Shown one piece after another: positions 16,484 through 39,159 of a DNA stretch of 64,000 bases; positions within the stretch are counted from its first letter, which is position 1, and every line of letters begins with the position of its first letter. This stretch comes from Salpingoeca rosetta (Eukaryota; Protista; Choanoflagellata). Location of the stretch: positions 1,596,287 through 1,660,286 of the forward strand of contig JAWQFM010000008.1 in NCBI GenBank assembly GCA_033442325.1. The letters run 5' to 3'. Both the position numbers and the translations under genes were made by a program. Under the pieces are notes generated by a model that did not search any database, had not been told where the DNA came from, and was given only the letters and a program-made list of their open reading frames with translations.

Positions 16484-17907
16484 GTGCTGATGAGCGTGTT
16501 GTCGTCTTGTGAGCGTCCGAGTTTGCTCTGCTTGTGTTATTGTCCTGACATCCACACCACCCTCACTCTTTCATGGCCAACTTCTTCGTCGCAATCCATG
16601 ATCTCCTTCACCCTCTCTTCTTGCTCACTCCACCTCCCTTCCTTCATCTGCAACAGAGACAAGCGGCTTCAGATTATGCGCGCGTCCTCGGGCAAGTACC
16701 TGAGCCGCACCCCCGACATGCTGCTCCGCCTGACCATGGCATACCTGCTTGGCCTGCACCACGTCAACCTCACGCTGCTGTGGGCCGACGCGAAGAAGGC
16801 GCTTGGCGAGTTTGCCCGCTACCGCCCGCTAGTGCTGTGGACGCTCTTTGAGGACAAGTTCATGCGCGTGCTTGACGCGAGCGTGGAGATGGGCGAGATC
16901 ATGACGGAGCAGGCGCGCACCATTGGCCAGCAGCAGGTGACAGACTCGGCACACCGCATCGTCGACGACCGCTTGGACGTGCTGTCGTTCCGGTGTCTGG
17001 TGCACCCGCTGGAGCATCGCATCAACCTTCTGCAGAAGCCGGACTGGGACAACAACATGACGCAGGTTGCAGACCGGTTTGTCAACGCCGTGTGCCCGCA
17101 ACCGCGCGTTGATGTGCTCAAGCTGATGCAAACCTTTGCCGAGCTCGCCAACACCTGGCCCCTCCTCACCGAGCAAAAGCACAGGTGCGTTGGTATGCTT
17201 GTTGTAGGTGCGTGCGTGCGCGTGCGTGTGTGTGTGTGAGATCGCATGTGCGCGTGTGCGTGTGTTTGTGAGATCGCCTGTGCAAACCACCCTGCCTGCG
17301 TTTGTGCCTGCGAGACTGGTGCATTTGGTTTGATGTGTACCTGGGATCAGTGCCATTGCTGCTCAACAGAGGGCTGCGCTTGAACGTTGTTGTATTGTAT
17401 CCCCATTTCCCATCTCCGCTCGTCTCCATGCTCATGGCCATCCCTCCGTCCACCTCAACAGACGCTGGTTGAGAAGTTCCTCCAGCTGCACGACGACTAC
17501 CTGGTGGTTGAAGAGGGAGCAGGAAAACTGCAGGACATTTCCGTCGCAAACGCCGGCCTCGCGGGTGCGTTCACGCGCTGCTGTCGTGTCTTTTATTTTG
17601 CTCCAACATGTTATGTGATCTTGCTTCCACCTGCTGTGGCGATTGCAGTGTGGTAATATGACACCTGTTGTTTGCACGGGTTGCTGTGCCGACCCCAGCG
17701 CTTGTGCTCAATTCTTACCGTCGACTCCTCGCTTCACAATCTGCATGTTGTCGTGCGTGCCTGCAGGCATTTCGATGCAGTCGCTCGGCATTGAGGATCT
17801 TGGCGGCGACCTCGACAATCTCAGTGACGATGAGAGCGTCAGCAATGACGACGACGAGGAGGACAATGATGACCGGCGCCGGAAGCGCAGCGCGATGCAG
17901 CACGACG

Positions 17908-18050
17908 GCCGTGGTGGTCGTGGTGGTCGTGGTGGTCGTGGTCGTGGTGGTCGTGGTCGTGGTGGTCGTGGCCGTGGCCGTGGTCGTGGTCGTGGTCGTG
18001 GTCGTGGCCGTGGTCGTGGCCGTGGTCGTGGTCGTGGCCGTGGTGGTCGT
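17908..18050 (+). repeat. Coding (GGT CGT)n repeat encoding an RG/RGG tract
   Basis: GRGGRGGRGRG.. inside a UTP20-like exon. Confidence 0.85.
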
Positions 18051-18543
18051 GATAGCAAGCGCCCAAAGCGGGAGGATGACACTTCTAACGACAACCCTGA
18101 CGATGATGACACGAAGCGCGATGGTGCCGACGCCACCAACGATGGCGACGATGCTGTGCAGGCGTATGATCCAACGGCGGCTGCGCGTCGTCGCGTGTTC
18201 TGGCGGCGGCGGCGGTTCTGGCGGCGGCGGCGGCAGAAGCGCGGAAAGGTCGCGCTGAGCCAGATGGAGGCCATGCTCTCTGATGGAAGCCATGCTCTCT
18301 GTGCTCGCCAGCTTCAACAACGGGAAGGCGCTGATGGAGTGGGAGCGCCTGCAGGCGATTGTGCACAACTTCCTGCACCACTCTGACGCGAACATCCGCG
18401 CCAACGCCCTCAAGGCAAGCGCTTCGTTCAGCCGCGTGGTGCGCAAGTACCTGGAGCCCATGATGGCTGTCAACACGGAGATGGGGCCCCAGCTCACAGA
18501 GCGCTTGAAGACATTCAGCGTCGCCTCCCCAGCCGGTGTGTGT

Positions 18544-18649
<106 letters not shown>

Positions 18650-18891
18650 GTGTGAACCTTGTAGCATTTTTTTCGTGATTCCGTTCACACTCGCTGTACA
18701 ACACTTACCCCCATACGATTCACCGCCACCCCTTTCTACACGTGTGCAGTCGTAGCACCGGAGCATGTTGAAGAGGTGACAACCGTGTTCTTCCGGCTGC
18801 TACAGGCCAAGATGTTTGCGCGCAAGGGCAAGTCCCAGAAGTACTCGCCCAAGTTCCAGCGCGCCCTCATTCTCCGCTACTTGGCCGACTG

Positions 18892-19071
18892 NNNNNNNNN
18901 NNNNNNNNNNNNNNNNNNNNNNNNNNNNNNNNNNNNNNNNNNNNNNNNNNNNNNNNNNNNNNNNNNNNNNNNNNNNNNNNNNNNNNNNNNNNNNNNNNNN
19001 NNNNNNNNNNNNNNNNNNNNNNNNNNNNNNNNNNNNNNNNNNNNNNNNNNNNNNNNNNNNNNNNNNNNNNN
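18892..19071. other. Assembly gap
   Basis: Run of N. Confidence 1.
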
Positions 19072-20256
19072 CCAAGGGGGGGAGTTTCAAAAGCTCCTGG
19101 TGGTGGGGGGGTTTTTTTGTTTTTGGGAAAACGCGTGTGGGCCCACGTGTGTGTTTGTGTGAACATGTGTGTGTGTTGGTGTGCACGTGTGTGTTTGTGT
19201 GAACATGTGTGTGTGTGCGTTTGTGTTTGTTTGCGTCCGCACTCGTCACAGGTGTTTGTGCCGTGAATTGTGTTGTCGTGTGACCATTCCTTAACCCTAT
19301 GTTGCCCGTTGCCCTGATCTTCCCTTTCCACCACACTTCTCAACACCCCCCCCCACCCGTCACAGGTTTCCTGATGCTTGCCGAGTCGCTGCTGAAGGTG
19401 TTTGACACGCGTCTGCAGCCGCACCTGCCGATGATGGTGGCCATCATGGTGCAGATGGCGCGCGAGGCCCACGCTCTGCTCGCCGTCGTGATGAGGTCGC
19501 CCCGCGCTACATCCGTGAACTCAGGATGATCCGCAAGCTCAGCATCCGCCGCCTCTGCAGCCTCTACAACTTCTTCAACGCGGTGCGTGGCGTGTGTGCG
19601 TGTGTGCGTGTGTGCGTGTGTGTGTATGTATGTGTGTGTAATAGGAGGGTGCACCGGAATTGGAGACATGCACGTGCGTCAATCAACCACACACGTGTAT
19701 GCGGATCATGTGTTCGTCCGTCATTGCGCCTGCTCTGTCCTTCTTCCTACTGTGCACGTGTGCAGAAATTGCTGGAGCCGTTTGCGAGCGCGGTGCACGA
19801 GCACGTGATTGGGCCGCAGGTGGCGTCGCTGTATCACGAATGCTCAAACGCCGTCGTCCCCATCCTCCAACTCCTCATGTGAGCACACACCGCTGGGTGT
19901 TGATGAGGGCTACGCGCATTGGGGGTGTGGTTTCGGCCTCGTTTGTTGTTTGTGTTTTGATTCGCCTCCCTCCCATTTTGCCTCACGCAACGTGGCAAAC
20001 CTGCCCCAAAATCCATGAATGCACAACCGTTCTCCCCTGACCACTCCTGTTTGTGATCCCTCTCAATACTCCTGTCCTTCTGCAGCACGTGGAGCGGGGA
20101 TCCGAAAATGCACCGCATGAACAACACGGGACGATGGAGCGGTGGGACCAGCCCGAGGACATTCAAGAGCTGGGGAAATCGGTTCGTGCTCTGGTGTACT
20201 GTCACGTTGAGACGCCCGAAAGCCGGGAGGGGGGGGGGGGTAGTGGGGGGTGTTGT

Positions 20257-20324
<68 letters not shown>

Positions 20325-20701
20325 CTCGCGCTCTCTCCTTCATCACCCACCCACTTGTCTCTTTGTTCAGACGCACGACTTGATCCGCGGCATTATCGGG
20401 GCGAAGCACATATCCAGCGCCATGAGCGAAGAGAAGCACAAGGTCTGGCCGTATTGTTCTGCTCTTGCGCTTTGTCTTTGGGCTGTATTTGAGAGAGGAA
20501 AGGGTCATGGTGTGAGGGCGCATAGCACAGCCCTTTGTTGGGACTCACATCAATCACATGTCTGATGCATCGACCATGTTGTTGAAATCGTTTAGGTGTC
20601 GGCCAAGCGTGCTGTCAGACACCAGCGCGAGCAACAAGAGCTCATCACAAACCCGAAAAAGGTGTGTGTGTATTGTGTGTGTGTGCGTGTGTGTGTGTAT
20701 G

Positions 20702-20801
20702 NNNNNNNNNNNNNNNNNNNNNNNNNNNNNNNNNNNNNNNNNNNNNNNNNNNNNNNNNNNNNNNNNNNNNNNNNNNNNNNNNNNNNNNNNNNNNNNNNNN
20801 N
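20702..20801. other. Assembly gap
   Basis: Run of N. Confidence 1.
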
Positions 20802-21218
20802 GTGTGTGTGTGTGTGTGCGTTCGCGTCTTCATCAGAGGCACAGGGGGTTGGCCCGACTGTACTGTGCACGCCCCTTTTGTTTTGCGTTGCACGATACCG
20901 CGCCAGCCAGTTGCTCACCCCACCATTCTCCTTTATTTACTCCAGGCGCTGCGGCGCAAAGCGCGATCGCACGAGCTCAAGCGGGATGCGCGCCGGCGCA
21001 AGAACGCGGGCATTGGCGGCATGCCCATCAACCCCGTGGAGCTCAAGAAGCTGCACAACAAGCGGCGCGAGCACAACCGGAAGCTCAACCTCATGGACGA
21101 ATAGCCCCTTCCTTGGCGCTGTGTGTGTGTGTGTGCGTGTGCGTGTTGTGTTCTGTTCTGTTTGTCGCAGAACGACTTGTAAACAAACACCAACAGTGTT
21201 GTCAACACCGACACGCGG

Positions 21219-21278
<60 letters not shown>

Positions 21279-21393
21279 CACTCGATTTTTGGCAACGAGT
21301 CGCGCCTGGCCTCCCTTTCTGCTTTCATGATTCCCAGACTTAACTCAAGGCATATGCGAAGAGCAAGGGTGCGTGCAGGCGAGCAAGCAGACG

Positions 21394-21452
<59 letters not shown>

Positions 21453-21459
21453 AAACATT

Positions 21460-23037
<1,578 letters not shown>

Positions 23038-23660
23038 GTCTTGTCGTGCCCGCTTTGGTGAGTTGGTGGCAGCTCGCCTTCATCCTTTCATCGTCGTCGC
23101 TCAACACCTCGAAATTAGGCAAAAACATCATCGCCCATCGTGGATGATGGTGGTTGAAATTTCCTTTATTTTGCCGACGATTTGCACGAAAGATGCAACT
23201 TGACAGCGGTTGCTTGGGGCGTGTGCGTCACCCTTGCACCCCAAACCAGCGCAGATGCATGTGCAAGGCCGGCGTGGTGCTGCCGGGCAGCCTGCACACG
23301 ACTCAAATCCAACCACAAACGAGAAAAATAAAACCCTACCATTTCGTGCGTCACGTCCGTGATGAAAGTGCAAAGGTACAACAACAACAGCAGCGTGCTT
23401 TCCCCTCTCCTTCGCTTGTTGCGCTGTGGGAGAAACGAGGGTGTAGAATTGTAACGCACAACACTGCAAATTTTCTACAACGGAGTGGTTGGTGTCGGCA
23501 AAAGCAAAGAAGTGAAGCAGAAGAAGCAACGGACGACATCCATCCACAGAGCAAAGAGCGAGCGAGTGCTTGTTGACACACGACCGCCGCCCAACGCTAA
23601 AGAACAACAGCACCACCACCACCACCACCTTCGACAGGAACAGCCCCTACAACATACGCC

Positions 23661-25018
23661 ATGGATTTCCTGATTGCATTGGTTGGCAAGGACTTTGTCC
23701 TCACTGCCGCTGACAGCGCGTCTGCGCGCAGCATCATGCGCATGAAGTCAGGTGCGTGTGTGTTTGCTTGTTGTGTGTGTGTGTGAGTTAAGCGTGTTTG
23801 GTGTTTGCTTGTGGTGTGTGTGTGTGTTGAGCGTGTTTGTGTGTGTGTGTGTGCTGTGTGCGCGTTGTGCCCATGTGTGCTGCTTGTCGTTTGTCGAATG
23901 GTATTGTACAAACGGTGTCCACATCAATAGTACACAAACAAACGACCATACAGCCGTTTACCCTTGTGTTCACTTCATTGCATTTGTGCCCACGCTCATT
24001 GCCTCTAACAGACATGGACAAGATGATCCCCCTGTCCAGCCACGCCCTCATGCTTCTTGCAGGCCCTGGTATGTTTCGCTCTTTACAGCTGGTGTTGGTT
24101 TTCGTTGAGGTGTTCTTCCTGTGTGTTGGTTGTTGGCTCTCGATGCTGACTTGCATAGCACACATACATACATACATACATACATACATACATACATACA
24201 TACATACATACATACATACATACATACATACATACATACATACATACATACATACATACATACATACATACATACATACATACATGCATGCATGAAAAAC
24301 TCACCCATTTCCGTTTGTCTATCAATTGTGTACTCGTTGGTTTGCGTTCTACTGCACTGACAGTCGGCGACTGCTCCAACTTTGGCGACTACATCCAGGC
24401 AAACCTGAAGCTGCAAGCGCTGACAAACGGCTTTGAAGCATCCACACACGCCACCGCAAACTACGTTCGCAAAAACATTGCCGATGCTCTCCGATCACGC
24501 GTACGTTTGGATCGTGCATGCAACTGCATCTGCATGCGTATGCATGTGTGCATGTGTGTATGTGTATGATGCACATATACGCACGTGTGAGTGCTACGTG
24601 TGCGTGTGCGACTTCGTCTGCATGTGTGCATACCAACATGCGTGCGTGCGTACTTTTTTTTTGTGTTCGCTTCTCTCCAATTCACACGTGCACTTCGTGT
24701 TGATGACGGCGAGCAGGGTGCGTATCAGGTCAACTCGCTGATTGCGGGCGTCGATGAGCAGGATGGTCCCAGCCTCTACTACCTCGACTACCTCGGCACA
24801 ATGGTCAAGGTGCGAACCTTGGTTGTTGTGGCAGACCATGTTCAGGAAGGCATGCATTACTAGCATCTGTGTGCTGTTGCTGCTGGTGGCAACCGCTTTT
24901 TTTTTTTTTGCAGTGTTGTTTTCGTGCTGATTGTGTGTGTGTGTGTGCGTGCGTGCGTGTGTGTGTGCGTGTGCGTGTGTGTGCGTGTGCGTGTGCGTGT
25001 GCGTGCGTGTGTGTGTGC

Positions 25019-25053
<35 letters not shown>

Positions 25054-25225
25054 TGTGTGTTCATGCCGCATCTCTCGCTGCAGGTTCCCTATGGTGCACA
25101 TGGCTACGGGAGCTTCTTCACATTTGCAACACTCGACCACCACTACCGCGAGGGCATGTCTCTGGAAGAGGCAACAGATGTCCTCAAGAAGTGCTTCCTC
25201 GAGGTGCGTGTGTGTGTATGTGTGT

Positions 25226-25265
<40 letters not shown>

Positions 25266-25563
25266 ATGTGTGTGTGTGCAGATGTGTGTTTGCCTGGTGT
25301 CGTTGTCTTGTCGCTCATCGCCATGTCTGGTGAATGCAACAACAACCGCCAACTCTCGCCGCAAATGTATCCGTCATCACAACGCTCACCTGTCGCATGT
25401 CGATACATGCTTCACCACCACCATCATCATTCACGTGTGTGCGTGCGTGCGTGCTTGTGTGTGTGTGCAGATCAAGACGCGTTTCCTGATGAACTTGGAC
25501 TCGTTCAAGGTCCGCGTTGTCGACGCCGATGGCATTCGCGAAGTTGAGGTGGCGCAGCCCTGA
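23661..25563 (+). CDS. PSMB2: 20S proteasome subunit beta type-2 (beta4/Pre1), 6 exons
   Basis: [18 protein letters not shown]..., [71 protein letters not shown]. Confidence 0.95.
24163..24285. repeat. (CATA)n microsatellite
   Basis: Direct reading. Confidence 0.95.
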
Positions 25564-25978
25564 GCACCATGTATCCTCGCATGAGTGTAACGCTGTCTGT
25601 GGTTGGCTGGTGTGCGCGTGTGCTCACGCCACATGCGTGCAGCATGTCTTTGCCGTTGTTCTTTCGTGTTTGTTCTGTCGTGGGGTTTGTTGTTCTCTCA
25701 TTCGTCTGTCTTGTCTCTGTGCGGGTTTGTGATGATGTGATGGGGCTGAAAACCACATCTGTGTTGTTGGTTGCAATTGTCCGCGTGAACATTCTATGCT
25801 TGTGAACTCCAAATGAACGAATCAAGCCATTTCCTATCCTGACGTGTATTGGATGTGCATGTACAAATGACAAAGGGAGCACGTGCGCGCGTATGTGCAC
25901 ATATGTATTGCGCGTGTATGTGTGTGTGTGTTGTGTTGTGTTGATGTGTTAACGGTTGTGTGCTGAAAGCTGCCTCCA

Positions 25979-33764
<7,786 letters not shown>

Positions 33765-34069
33765 GGCGGCACCACAAGGGTGAAGCGATATATGTGTGTG
33801 TGTGTGTGTGCGCTTCACGTGCGTGTGTACTTGGTTGTTTGGTCGCACTACTGTTCGGTGGTGCTGATGCGGTGTGGTCGCGGTGTGGAACATGCACACC
33901 AGCCAGCCAAACAGGAGGTGTTGTGTCTTTTGTGTGTGTGTTGTGCTGGAGGTCCTCCACGGCAAAATTGACTTCTGCATGCAAAGGCAATTTTGACGTT
34001 GTCTGTTGGGCGACACGCGACAGTTAAAGATCCTCAAACAACAGGAAACAAGGAAGAAGCACCGCGGAT

Positions 34070-34387
34070 ATGAGCGAGCACGTGGTTGGCTTGGACACAG
34101 GCATCAGCAGCAGCAGCAGCAGCAAGAACGCTGCTGCGTTCAAGCAGCATGCCAAACGCAAAGGTGCGCTGACATATGCTGTGTCGGGTATGATAACAGT
34201 GCTCCAGGGTAGAGGGGGGTGATTGAAGATGCCGTGTGTGTGTTTCTGTCTGTCTGTCTGTGTGTGTGTGTCTGTGTGCGTTTGTGTGTGTGTGTGTGTG
34301 TGTGTCTGTGCGTGTGTGTGTGTGTCTCCTCTCTCTGTCTGTCTCTGTCTCTCTCTCTCTCTCTCTGTGTCTCTCTCTCTCTCTCTG

Positions 34388-34422
<35 letters not shown>

Positions 34423-35225
34423 TTATCTCTCTCTCTGTGCCTGATTGCTTTTGCTGAGAGGTGGTGCGATCGCACGACTCTGACAATTGGGATTGTTGCC
34501 GTGTTGCGTTTTGCGTTGTGCTTTGTCGCAGCTGCGCGTACTGCTAAGCAGAAGAAGATCCAGAAGGCGAGGCAGATGAGAGAAACAAAGAAGAAAGTGT
34601 GGGAGAACAAGATGAAGGCCGAGGCACAGATTGAGAAGCGGGCAGCGAAATACAAACGCGGAACACACCTGCCAAAGGTAACACGTGCAGACCCTCCTCT
34701 GATCGCACCCACACCTGTGTTTGTGCGAACAAGAGATGAGGAATCACAGCAGGACTTGTGTACCTGTGTCTCCACATGGCTATGCGTGCGTGTGAATGCG
34801 TTCGCATGTCTGTGCGCGTTAGTGTATTTGTGTGTGTGTTCGCATGTCTGTGTGTGTGTGTGTTCGCATGTCTGTGTGTGTGTGTGCATGTGTGTTGGAG
34901 CTTGAGCATCTGTGTATCTTCACAGGCCTGAGACAGATGGAGACTCAACTGTGTTCTCCCCGCCATGCTACTGCGGAATGCATGTTTTGCAGAGAATGCG
35001 CCCAAAGGACAAGATTGCAAAGTCCAAAGTGGAAAAGGCGAAGAAGGAGCAGAAGCGTGCAGCACGCGAGGCTGCCAAGGCCGAGATCCTGCTGACGGAG
35101 GACGCCGGTTTCCTTGAGGCCGAAGGGCTGGAGAAAACATACAACTTCCGCCAAACAGACATTGCAGAGGCGGTGGACGAAAGCTCTGCAAAGAAGGTGC
35201 GGCAGCGCAGTGTGATTGATTTGAA

Positions 35226-35256
<31 letters not shown>

Positions 35257-35878
35257 TATGTGTGTGTGTGTATGTGTGTGTGTGTATGTATGTGTGTGTG
35301 TGCGTCTTTGTAGGCGCTGTGTCACCGCTGTTCAACGCCAACATGTGGCGCATATAATCTCATGCGCATGCGGTGTCTGATGCACAGGTGTTCAACCTCA
35401 AGCTGGATCAGTTTGGGCCATACTGCACGCGTTACACAGCCAACGGCAGGTCCGACCACCTCTCTGCATTGGTCGTGTGCCTTACACGTTCACATGGCGT
35501 GGCATGCGTACCAGCAAGCACATGAGCATTTCACAACACCACGTTCCTTGCACACACTTACATACACGCACGTACACACGCACGCACACGTGTCCCTCCT
35601 TGTGTGTCCGATGCAGGCACCTGTTGATTGGCGGGCGAAAGGGCCACATTGCTGCTTTCGACTGGCAGTCTGGCAACCTTGCCTGCGAGATCAACGTTGG
35701 CGAAACCGTGCGCGATGTGCAGTGGCTCCACAACTCAACCATGTTTGCCGTTGCACAGAAGCGGTGGGTCAACGGCTGCGGTGTTGTCTTGGCGCTGTGT
35801 GGTGTTGGTTTGGTGCGAGTGGTGGTTGTGTGTTGTGCTGTCGGCCCGCAGCTGTTGCTGCGACAGCTTGGTCGGCCA

Positions 35879-35968
<90 letters not shown>

Positions 35969-36488
35969 NNNNNNNNNNNNNNNNNNNNNNNNNNNNNNNN
36001 NNNNNNNNNNNNNNNNNNNNNNNNNNNNNNNNNNNNNNNNNNNNNNNNNNNNNNNNNNNNNNNNNNNNNNNNNNNNNNNNNNNNNNNNNNNNNNNNNNNN
36101 NNNNNNNNNNNNNNNNNNNNNNNNNNNNNNNNNNNNNNNNNNNNNNNNNNNNNNNNNNNNNNNNNNNNNNNNNNNNNNNNNNNNNNNNNNNNNNNNNNNN
36201 NNNNNNNNNNNNNNNNNNNNNNNNNNNNNNNNNNNNNNNNNNNNNNNNNNNNNNNNNNNNNNNNNNNNNNNNNNNNNNNNNNNNNNNNNNNNNNNNNNNN
36301 NNNNNNNNNNNNNNNNNNNNNNNNNNNNNNNNNNNNNNNNNNNNNNNNNNNNNNNNNNNNNNNNNNNNNNNNNNNNNNNNNNNNNNNNNNNNNNNNNNNN
36401 NNNNNNNNNNNNNNNNNNNNNNNNNNNNNNNNNNNNNNNNNNNNNNNNNNNNNNNNNNNNNNNNNNNNNNNNNNNNNNNNNNNNNNNN

Positions 36489-36556
<68 letters not shown>

Positions 36557-36992
36557 TGTTTGTTGTGTGTGTGTGTGTGTGTGTGTGTTTGTGCATGCGT
36601 TTGGCTGCGTGCTATCGATGTGGGTTGTCCGCATTCCTGCAACATTCTGATTCACACTCGTGCGCGTGTGTATGTGTGTGTTCGTGCATGAATTGCTTCT
36701 GCAGCGTTGGCGGTGGATGGCACGGGCCACACGATGGTGACGGCCGGCGTCGACAGCCTGATCAAGGTGATGATGCCCGCTGCCACCGCCGCTCGTGGCG
36801 TGTTTAGATGTTGGGGGATGGGGGGTTTGCACACACGCTCACATTGTACACTTGCAAACTTGCACATTCGCACACTTGCGTTCTTGCGTTCTTGCATGTG
36901 GAGAGAAGAAGCATGCGTACGTGTTCGCATGCGAGGTGTAGCCATTCGTGTCATGTCTCACATGTGCGTACTTGTGTGTTTGCCGCCGCCGC

Positions 36993-37040
<48 letters not shown>

Positions 37041-37186
37041 GTGATTGTGTTGTTCCGTCTTCTCTACATCACAGGTCTGGGACGTGCGGAATTTCAAGGA
37101 CAAGCCGGTACGCGTAACCACATGTGCCCCGCTAGTTGCATGCGTGCTATGTATTGCATGAAGTATGGAGTATGTGTGTTTGTGTG

Positions 37187-37222
<36 letters not shown>

Positions 37223-38897
37223 TGTGTGTGCTTCATTCCCCCTATCTACGCCCAACCCACATCGTGCACAACAGCTACTCACCGTATCCCCCCCCCACAA
37301 CACACACACACACGCTCCCCTTGTTGTATTTTCCACCGACTGCCGTGCGCAACAACAGCTGCACTCGTACTACACGCCAACCCCTGCCTCATATCTTGAC
37401 TTCAGTGCTCGCGGCTGCCTGGCCGTTGCATTTGGGCCCCACGTTCAGGTCAGATCATTGTCCGATCGGAGGAAGCAGAAGTGTCTTGAGAAGGACGTGG
37501 TTATCGTCGTGGTTGTGGTTGTGGTTGTGGTTGTGGTTGTGGTTGTGGTCGTGGAGAGGGAGAACAGCGAACCTCGTCCACATGCGCATACATACACGCG
37601 CGCGCGCACATGCACGCACACACTCACGTACACATGCACACCCACACACGCACACACACACACACACATCGTTCTTACGAACCAACAACGGCTTCATCCA
37701 CTGCTGTTATTTTGTTGTTGGCACGAACAGATTTGGCGCGAGCCGCACAAGCACAAGGCCAGGGCACCATACATGCAGCACGACATACCTGCGTCGCCTG
37801 TGCAGGACTGCCGGTTCTGCCCCTTTGAGGATGTGCTTGTCACCGGACACGAAAAGGGCATCGACAGCATCCTCGTTCCAGGTGCGGTTGTTTGCGCGTG
37901 CTTTGCGCGTGCTTTGCGCGTGTTTGGAGCACTATCCGCATGCACACGTGTGCGTGCGGATGCTTGTGACCCCCACCTTTGTGTTTCGTGTCACGCTTGT
38001 CCACCTCGCTGTACAACGTCCCAACTTTCTTCGTCTCCCGCGTGCTCTCCACCTCCCCATTCTCTCCGCCTCACTGCGAATGCCACGGGGCCCTGCAACG
38101 CACCTGCCAGGATCTGGTGAGCCGAACTTTGATGCGTACGAGGCGAATCCGTACGAGACGGTCAAGCAGCGCCGCGAGCATGAAGTCAAGCAGCTCCTCG
38201 ACAAGGTCTGGCGGACTCTTGGTTGATGGCATGGGCGATCGATGCGATGGCGCACCGCAACTTGCACACATTCGCACAAAACTGTGTGTTCGCACCCATA
38301 CATAACCACCCACGTGAGCACGCTTACACGCACACATAACCACACACATACGCATGAGCACACGTTCGCTTCACTCACTCGACCACGTCCCATCTTTCTC
38401 ACGCAATGACACGTGCCTCATTGTTGTTGTTGTTGTTGTTGTCGTTGTTGTTGTGTGGGTGTGTTTGTGCAGATTCCGCACGATCTTATTTCGCTGGATC
38501 CGCGGGAGGTGCTCAAGCCCGTGTCGTCGCGCATGCAGGGCGATGCTGGTGATGACAATGATGATGATGATGGCGGAAAAAACGCCGAGCAGAGCGCAGA
38601 TGCCAAGCGCAAGCGCGCGCGGAAACGCAAGGTGGAGAAGCGGTATCTTGCGAAGAACAAGAACATCCGCGACCAGCGGAAGGTGCAGATTATGCAACGC
38701 ATGGAGAAGGAACAGCGGCGCAAGGAACTGCGTAAGTTGTTGCTTGGTTTGCTTGTTTGTTTGTTCGTTTGTTTGCGTGCTTGTCGTGACACTTGCCCCT
38801 TTCCTGCCTTCCTTCCTTACACACAACACACCACAACACAACGCAACACAACACAGGGGCTGGTGGCAAGCACGGAGCACTGGACCGGTTCAAATGA
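34070..38897 (+). CDS. WDR46: WD repeat protein 46 (BING4/Utp7), multi-exon, spans a gap
   Basis: [94 protein letters not shown]-terminal ALDRFK*. Confidence 0.95.
35969..36488. other. Assembly gap
   Basis: Run of N. Confidence 1.
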
Positions 38898-39159
38898 GGC
38901 GCGCGGCAACTGCTGCTTCTTCTTGGATGTTTGTGTTTTTTCGCTGACGTGTGCACAATAAAACTGCTGACTCAGCCACAATGTAACTCTGTGTCCGCCG
39001 GTTACCAACCAACCCCAAGAAGTGGTGGTTGGCAGTGTGCAGGCAGCCGTGATGTGTGACTGTCATTTACCCTCGATCTCGATCGATCGCTCGTTCTCGT
39101 TCGAAGCAGCAAAGCATCCACGCCTGAGCACTCCACAAAGCACAAAGCACAAGGCCAAG

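Noticed and set aside
23237-23248. GCACCCCAAACC similar to 7875-7885
   Set aside because: Short, imperfect and in direct rather than inverted orientation, so compatible with chance.
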